Source: Gaiellaceae bacterium (lineage in GTDB: Bacteria; Actinomycetota; Thermoleophilia; Gaiellales; Gaiellaceae). Taken from it: a DNA stretch of 29,333 bases. Both the position numbers and the translations under genes were made by a program. Shown in pieces: positions 24,385-29,333 of this stretch. The notes below the pieces were generated by a model. The model ran no database searches. It worked only from the letters and a program-made list of their open reading frames with translations, and was not told the DNA's origin. How positions within the stretch are numbered: position 1 is the first letter of the stretch; every line of letters starts with the position of its first letter. The stretch lies in assembly GCA_035698005.1 (NCBI GenBank), contig DASSCD010000166.1, positions 1 through 29,333 of the forward strand. The letters are read 5' to 3'.

Positions 24385-24828
24385 CTAGCTCGAGAGCTTG
24401 CGCTCGAGGGAGTCGAGGCGCTCCTCGATGCGGCGGAGCGCGCTCAGGTGCTCGTCCGACAGGTCGTCGCGGCCTGCAAAGCGCCGCTGCGTCGACGCCA
24501 TCAGCGCGGAGGTGACGACCGCCGTCGTCAGCGAGACGGTCGTGATCCCGAAGATCATGACGATGACCGCGACGAACTTCGAGAACGGCGTCTCCGGGAT
24601 GACGTCGCCGTAGCCGACCGTGGTCACGGTCTGCGCGGCCCACCACAGCGACTCGCCGAAACTGTCGAACTCGCCGCGCGCGAAGAGGTAGACGACGAGG
24701 GCGGCACCGAGGATGATCGCCGCGGTGATCGCCGCGAGATAGGGGATGATCCGGCCCGAGAGCACGGCGCGGTTGATCCCCTCGATGCGGCGGTCGGAGA
24801 GGAACGGCACGGACCCGGGATTCGGCAT
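24385..24828 (-). CDS. Two-TM potassium channel (KcsA-like)
   Basis: LWWAAQTVTTVGYGD selectivity filter between two TM helices; C-terminal coiled coil. Confidence 0.92.
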   Translation of the reverse strand: MPNPGSVPFLSDRRIEGINRAVLSGRIIPYLAAITAAIILGAALVVYLFARGEFDSFGESLWWAAQTVTTVGYGDVIPETPFSKFVAVIVMIFGITTVSLTTAVVTSALMASTQRRFAGRDDLSDEHLSALRRIEERLDSLERKLSS

Positions 24829-24921
24829 GGCTAGAGGCGCTCCTCCGTTGCGTGATCTGCTACGGTAAGACTTAGATTTTCGATGAACGACCACTACAAG
24901 TAGCGGAAGGAGCAAGCGCGA

Positions 24922-26832
24922 ATGGCAAAGACGATCGGCATCGACCTCGGCACGACGAACTCCTGCATGGCCGTGCTCGAAGGCTCGGAGCCCACCGTCA
25001 TCCCGAACGCCGAAGGCGGGCGCACGACCCCGTCGGTGGTCGCGTTCGGCCGTGACGGCCAGCGGCTCGTTGGCGCGCCGGCCAAGCGCCAGCAGGTGAC
25101 GAACCCGCAAAACACGATCTTCTCGATCAAGCGGTTCATGGGCCGCAAGTTCGACGAGGTCTCGGAGGAGATGAAGATCGTCCCCTACGAGGTCGTCAAG
25201 GGCCCGAACGAAGACGTGCGCGTGCAGGCGGAGGGCAAGGACTACGCGCCGCCGGAGATCTCCGCGATGATTCTGCAGAAGCTCAAGCAGGACGCGGAGT
25301 CGTACCTCGGCGAGCCCGTCACGGACGCAGTCGTCACCGTTCCCGCGTACTTCAACAACGCGCAGCGCGAGGCGACGAAGGACGCCGGCAAGGTCGCCGG
25401 CCTGAACGTCCTGCGCATCATCAACGAGCCGACCGCGGCCGCGCTCGCGTACGGCCTGGACAAGGAGGGCGCGGAGCACACGATCCTCGTCTTCGACCTC
25501 GGGGGCGGCACGTTCGACGTCTCGGTGCTCGAGCTCGGCGAAGGCGTCTACCACGTGAAGGCGACGAACGGCGACAACCATCTCGGCGGGGACAACTTCG
25601 ACAAGGCGGTCGTCGACTGGATGATCGCGGAGTTCAAGCGCGACCAGGGGATCGACCTGGGGCAGGACCCGATGGCGCTGCAGCGCCTGTACGAGGCCGC
25701 CGAGAAGGCGAAGGTCGAGCTCTCGTCCACGATGACGACGCAGATCAACCTGCCGTTCATCACCGCGACGCCAGAAGGGCCGAAGCATCTCGATCTCCAG
25801 CTCACGCGGGCGAAGCTGAACGAGCTGACGCACGCGCTGCTGGAGCGGACGGTGGAGCCGACGAAGCAGGCGCTCGCCGACGCGGGGATCAATGCGGCGG
25901 ACATCGAGCACGTCGTCCTCGTGGGCGGCATGACGCGCATGCCCGCGGTCCAGGAGAAGGTGAAGGAGCTGATCGGCAAGGAGCCGCACAAGGGCGTCAA
26001 CCCGGACGAGGTCGTCGCCGTCGGCGCAGCGATTCAGGGCGGCGTCCTGAAGGGCGACGTGAAGGACGTGCTCCTGCTCGACGTGACCCCGCTCTCGCTC
26101 GGCATCGAGACGAAGGGCGGCGTGTTCACGAAGCTGATCGACCGGAACACGACGATCCCGACGCGCAAGTCGGAGGTCTTCACGACGGCCGAGGACAACC
26201 AGCCCTCGGTCGAGATCCACGTCGGCCAGGGCGAGTCCGAGATGATCGGCTTCAACAAGACGCTCGGCAAGTTCCAGCTCGTCGGCATCGCGCCGGCGCC
26301 GCGCGGGATGCCGCAGGTCGAGGTCTCGTTCGACATCGACGCAAACGGGATCATCAACGTGTCCGCGAAGGATCTCGGCACCGGGAACGAGCAGCAAATC
26401 CGCATCGAGGGCGGCTCTGGACTGAGCGAGGACGAGGTCGAGCGGATGGTGAAGGACGCCGAGTCCCACGCGGGCGAGGCACACCGGCTCCGCGAGCTCG
26501 CCGACGCCCGCAACGCCGGCGAGGCGCTCGCGTACCAGACCGAGCGCACGCTCTCGGAGCATCGCGACAAGCTCGAGGAGGCGGACGCGTCGACGATCGA
26601 GGGCCGGATCATGGAGCTCCGGCAGGCGGTCGAGGGCTCGGACGTCTCGGACATCCGGGCGAAGACGGACGCGCTGCAGCAGGCGTCCCGCTCGCTCGCG
26701 GACGCCGTCTACGCGCAGGCGTCGGCCCAGGCCGCGTCCCAGACCACGGGCAACGGGGCCGCGGCCGAGGACGAGGTCGTCGAGGACGCCGACTTCGAGG
26801 TCCTCGACGAAGAGGAAGCGACGAAGTCGTGA
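24922..26832 (+). CDS. dnaK: Molecular chaperone DnaK
   Basis: [41 protein letters not shown] and [17 protein letters not shown] ribosome-binding site. Confidence 0.99.
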   Translation: MAKTIGIDLGTTNSCMAVLEGSEPTVIPNAEGGRTTPSVVAFGRDGQRLVGAPAKRQQVTNPQNTIFSIKRFMGRKFDEVSEEMKIVPYEVVKGPNEDVRVQAEGKDYAPPEISAMILQKLKQDAESYLGEPVTDAVVTVPAYFNNAQREATKDAGKVAGLNVLRIINEPTAAALAYGLDKEGAEHTILVFDLGGGTFDVSVLELGEGVYHVKATNGDNHLGGDNFDKAVVDWMIAEFKRDQGIDLGQDPMALQRLYEAAEKAKVELSSTMTTQINLPFITATPEGPKHLDLQLTRAKLNELTHALLERTVEPTKQALADAGINAADIEHVVLVGGMTRMPAVQEKVKELIGKEPHKGVNPDEVVAVGAAIQGGVLKGDVKDVLLLDVTPLSLGIETKGGVFTKLIDRNTTIPTRKSEVFTTAEDNQPSVEIHVGQGESEMIGFNKTLGKFQLVGIAPAPRGMPQVEVSFDIDANGIINVSAKDLGTGNEQQIRIEGGSGLSEDEVERMVKDAESHAGEAHRLRELADARNAGEALAYQTERTLSEHRDKLEEADASTIEGRIMELRQAVEGSDVSDIRAKTDALQQASRSLADAVYAQASAQAASQTTGNGAAAEDEVVEDADFEVLDEEEATKS

Positions 26833-27416
26833 CGCAGCGGAACGAAGGGGTGGAGTCGGTCGAGGCCGACTCCACCCAGCTCGACGACGAGCGCGTCGCC
26901 GCCCTCGAGGCCGAGCGGGACGAGTACCTCGGCCTGCTCCAGCGCGTGCAGGCCGACTTCGAGAACTACCGCAAGCGGGCGGCACGCGACCAGGAGCGCC
27001 TCGTCGCGCACGCGCACGAGCGGCTCGTCCGGGAGCTCCTTCCCGTGCTCGACGACCTCGGCCGAGCGCTGGAAGCCGCCGAGCGCCACGAGGAGGCGGC
27101 GAAGCCGCCTGTCCGTGAAAGCGGACCAGTGGAGGGGGTTCAGGGGAACCGGGAGGTTCCCCCGGCGGAGAGCGAGACGCTGAGGAGCCTGCTCGACGGC
27201 GTGAAGCTCGTCGAGCGGTCGCTTCGCGCGGCCCTCGAGAAGGAGGGCCTCGTCGAGATCGAGACGAACGGGGCGTTCGACCCGCACGTGCACGAGGCCG
27301 TGCTCGCACAGCCACGCGAGGACGCCGAGCCGGGCGCCGTCGTGGACGTCCTCCAGCGCGGGTACCGGCTCGGCGACAAGGTCGTGCGCCCGGCGCGCGT
27401 GATCGTGGCGGAGTGA
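26829..27416 (+). CDS. grpE: Nucleotide exchange factor GrpE with an internal insertion of about 28 aa
   Basis: [28 protein letters not shown] and [19 protein letters not shown] overlap with dnaK. Confidence 0.95.
   Translation: MTQRNEGVESVEADSTQLDDERVAALEAERDEYLGLLQRVQADFENYRKRAARDQERLVAHAHERLVRELLPVLDDLGRALEAAERHEEAAKPPVRESGPVEGVQGNREVPPAESETLRSLLDGVKLVERSLRAALEKEGLVEIETNGAFDPHVHEAVLAQPREDAEPGAVVDVLQRGYRLGDKVVRPARVIVAE
27105..27191 (+). repeat. In-frame palindromic insert within grpE carrying two GNRA-capped hairpins
   Basis: GTCCGT-GAAA-GCGGAC (27111-27126) and GGGGAACC-GGGA-GGTTCCCC (27143-27162). Boundaries are approximate. Confidence 0.6.
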
Positions 27417-27423
27417 GCGGCTA

Positions 27424-28518
27424 GTGGCCACCACCCGCAGCCCGTACGAGGTGCTCGGCGTCCCGAAGACGGCGCCGGACGACGAGATCAAGAAGGCGTA
27501 CCGCAAGCTCGCGCGCGAGTACCACCCGGACCGGAACCCGGGCGACGCCGACGCCGAGGAGCGCTTCAAGGAGGTGCAGGGGGCGTACGACACGCTGTCC
27601 GATCCCGAGAAGCGCCGCGCCTACGACAGCTTCGGCACCGCGGGGCCGGGTGGTTTCCCGGGGGGCGCGGCGGGTGGCGTCAGGTTCGAGGACTTCGACC
27701 TCGGTGACCTCGGCGATCTCCTAGGGGGCATGTTCGGCGGCGGCGCGCGGCGGCAGGGCGCGCGGGCGCCGATCCGGGGTGACGACCTCGAGACGCGGGT
27801 GCGCGTCTCGTTCGAGGACTCGCTCGAGGGCGTGCAGGTGCGCGTCCCCGTCGAGGCCGAGACGGTCTGCCACGTCTGCCACGGGACGGGCGCGGAGCCC
27901 GGGACGTCGCCGATCGTGTGCCCGCAGTGCGGTGGCCGCGGCGTCGTGTCCGACTCGCAGGGTCTCTTCGCCTTCTCGCAGCCGTGCCCGCGCTGCCAGG
28001 GGAACGGCGCGATCGTCGAGAAGCCGTGCAAGAACTGTCGCGGCAGCGGCCGCGAGCGGACGACGAAGCGCTACGCCGTCAAGGTCCCGGCCGGCGCGCG
28101 GAGCGGCACGCGGATCCGGCTGAAGGGGAAGGGCGAGGCGGGCCGGAACGGAGGCCCAGCTGGGGATCTCTACGTGGTCGTCGACGTCGAGCCGTCGCCG
28201 CTCTTCGAGCGCCGCGGCGCCGATCTCGTGCTGGACGTCCCCGTCACGTACGCGGAGGCGGCGCTCGGTGCGAAGGTCGAGATCCCGACTCCCGGCGGCC
28301 CGGTCGCGCTCAAGGTCCCGGCGGGCACCGAGAGCGGGAAGCTTCTGCGCGTGAAGGGCCGCGGCGCGCCCCAGCTGAAGGGGAACGGTCGCGGGGACCT
28401 CCTCGCCCGCGTGAAGGTGACCGTCCCGGCGAAGCTGACGAAGGCCGAGAAGGAGGCGCTCGAGGGGTACCAGAAGGTCTCGCGCGAGCGCCCGCGCGAG
28501 AGGGTGTTCAGCTCGTGA
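27424..28518 (+). CDS. dnaJ: Molecular chaperone DnaJ
   Basis: J-domain with HPD, a G/F-rich linker and four CxxCxGxG zinc motifs. Confidence 0.98.
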   Translation: MATTRSPYEVLGVPKTAPDDEIKKAYRKLAREYHPDRNPGDADAEERFKEVQGAYDTLSDPEKRRAYDSFGTAGPGGFPGGAAGGVRFEDFDLGDLGDLLGGMFGGGARRQGARAPIRGDDLETRVRVSFEDSLEGVQVRVPVEAETVCHVCHGTGAEPGTSPIVCPQCGGRGVVSDSQGLFAFSQPCPRCQGNGAIVEKPCKNCRGSGRERTTKRYAVKVPAGARSGTRIRLKGKGEAGRNGGPAGDLYVVVDVEPSPLFERRGADLVLDVPVTYAEAALGAKVEIPTPGGPVALKVPAGTESGKLLRVKGRGAPQLKGNGRGDLLARVKVTVPAKLTKAEKEALEGYQKVSRERPRERVFSS

Positions 28519-28703
28519 CCTCGGGGAAGACCTGGTGGATCGGCGGCCTGGCCCTCGGGGTCGGGTTCGTGTTCGTCAACCTCGTGGAGCTCGCCTTCGT
28601 CGACGGCGACGCCACCCGCGACCTCGTCGGCGCCGCGCTCGGGTGCGTCATGGTCGGTGCCGCCCTCGCTCGGCTGCGTGGGTGGAAGGGGCTGCGAAGC
28701 TGA
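28515..28703 (+). CDS. Small two-TM protein (62 aa) between dnaJ and hspR
   Basis: [66 protein letters not shown] overlap with dnaJ and TGATG overlap with hspR. Confidence 0.65.
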   Translation: MTSGKTWWIGGLALGVGFVFVNLVELAFVDGDATRDLVGAALGCVMVGAALARLRGWKGLRS

Positions 28704-29068
28704 TGCCCGACCGTCCCCGGTACATGATCTCCGTGGCGGCCGAGCTCGTCGGCATGCACCCGCAGACGCTGCGTCTCTACGAGGCGAAGGGCCTCGTGCA
28801 GCCGTCGCGGACCCCCGGCGGGACGCGGCTCTACTCCGACCGGGACGTCGAGCGGCTCCGGCTCGTCCAGCGCCTGACGACCGAGCTGGGGCTCAATCTC
28901 GCCGGGGTCGAGCAGGTGCTCCGGCTGCAGGACGAGCTCAGCCGCGCGTACGCGCGGATGGAGCGCATCGAGCGCGAGCTCCGAGCGGAGATCGCGGCCG
29001 TGCACCGCTCGTACAAGCGCGAGCTCGTCGTCTACTCACCGTCGCAGCACCCCGTGAGGAGGGGCTAG
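28703..29068 (+). CDS. hspR: Heat shock repressor HspR (MerR family)
   Basis: [21 protein letters not shown]...GGTRLYS...LGLNLAG; lies downstream of dnaK-grpE-dnaJ. Confidence 0.95.
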   Translation: MPDRPRYMISVAAELVGMHPQTLRLYEAKGLVQPSRTPGGTRLYSDRDVERLRLVQRLTTELGLNLAGVEQVLRLQDELSRAYARMERIERELRAEIAAVHRSYKRELVVYSPSQHPVRRG

Positions 29069-29071
29069 CTC

Positions 29072-29333
29072 ATGGACTTCCAGAAGCTGACGCTGAAGTC
29101 GCAGGAGTCGGTCGCGGCCGCGCAGGAGCTCGCGCGCCGGACGGGCAATCCCGAGCTCACGCCGGACCACCTCGCGCTCGCGCTGCTCGACCAGGAGCTC
29201 CCGCGCACGCTCGTGGATCGCTCCGGCTACGGAGCGGGCGAGCTGCGCGCGGAGGCCGAGGCGCGCCTCCGCACCCAGCCGACGATCTCCGGGGGCAACG
29301 TCCAGCCGCAGCCGTCGGCCGCGTTCGGCCGCG
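29072..29333 (+). CDS. clpB: ClpB chaperone, N-terminal part (runs off the window end)
   Basis: MDFQKLTLKSQESVAAAQELARRTGNPELTPDHLALALLDQ resembles a Clp N-domain. Starts 3 nt after the hspR stop. Confidence 0.8.
   Translation, partial: MDFQKLTLKSQESVAAAQELARRTGNPELTPDHLALALLDQELPRTLVDRSGYGAGELRAEAEARLRTQPTISGGNVQPQPSAAFGR

Noticed and set aside
24829-24921. Searched the AT-rich dnaK promoter region for a HAIR or CIRCE operator
   Set aside because: Only half-site resemblances (GTTGCGT, CTTAGAT, CTACAAG) without the 7-nt spacing, and no CIRCE. Not strong enough to call, although HspR autoregulation is expected.
1-29333. Very frequent CTCGAG, GAGCTC and GCGATCGC (HIP1-like) palindromes
   Set aside because: Explained by the preferred codon pairs Leu-Glu (CTC GAG), Glu-Leu (GAG CTC) and Ala-Ile-Ala. 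I cannot show enrichment without a codon-aware null model.
1-29333. CRISPR arrays, cas genes, integrases, transposases, prophage or defence genes
   Set aside because: No regularly spaced repeats or such proteins are visible in any frame.

Overview
High-GC actinobacterial chromosomal segment. The lineage looks Thermoleophilia/Gaiellales-like, which is an inference from gene content and codon usage. It is mostly housekeeping. In order: a truncated membrane gene, tRNA-Ala(UGC), several small hypothetical genes, a zinicin-like metallopeptidase, hsp20 with a HAIR-like operator, ferritin, yjbQ, an ABC-2 exporter and rlmD. A minus-strand inositol-lipid cluster follows: PAP2/Aur1-like protein, PIP synthase, a decayed small gene, a tandem ribbon-helix-helix/Ino1 fusion with a palindromic operator, a membrane protein, a PimA-like GT4-PHP fusion, a UDG-like protein and a presenilin/SPP-like membrane protein. 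The right part holds PFOR plus a DHOD-like flavoprotein, a nitrilase, three EamA transporters, moaA, a cupredoxin, a K+ channel and dnaK-grpE-dnaJ-(small ORF)-hspR-clpB (truncated). Most notable: (1) the RHH-RHH-Ino1 fusion with its candidate operator; (2) a degenerate PimA-like domain fused to an intact PHP phosphoesterase, a candidate for the PIP-to-PI phosphatase step; (3) two 169-bp CTAG-bounded palindromic elements with compensatory substitutions that remodel neighbouring genes; (4) an in-frame insert with two GNRA hairpins inside grpE. All family calls are from motif recognition by eye; no database searches were run.
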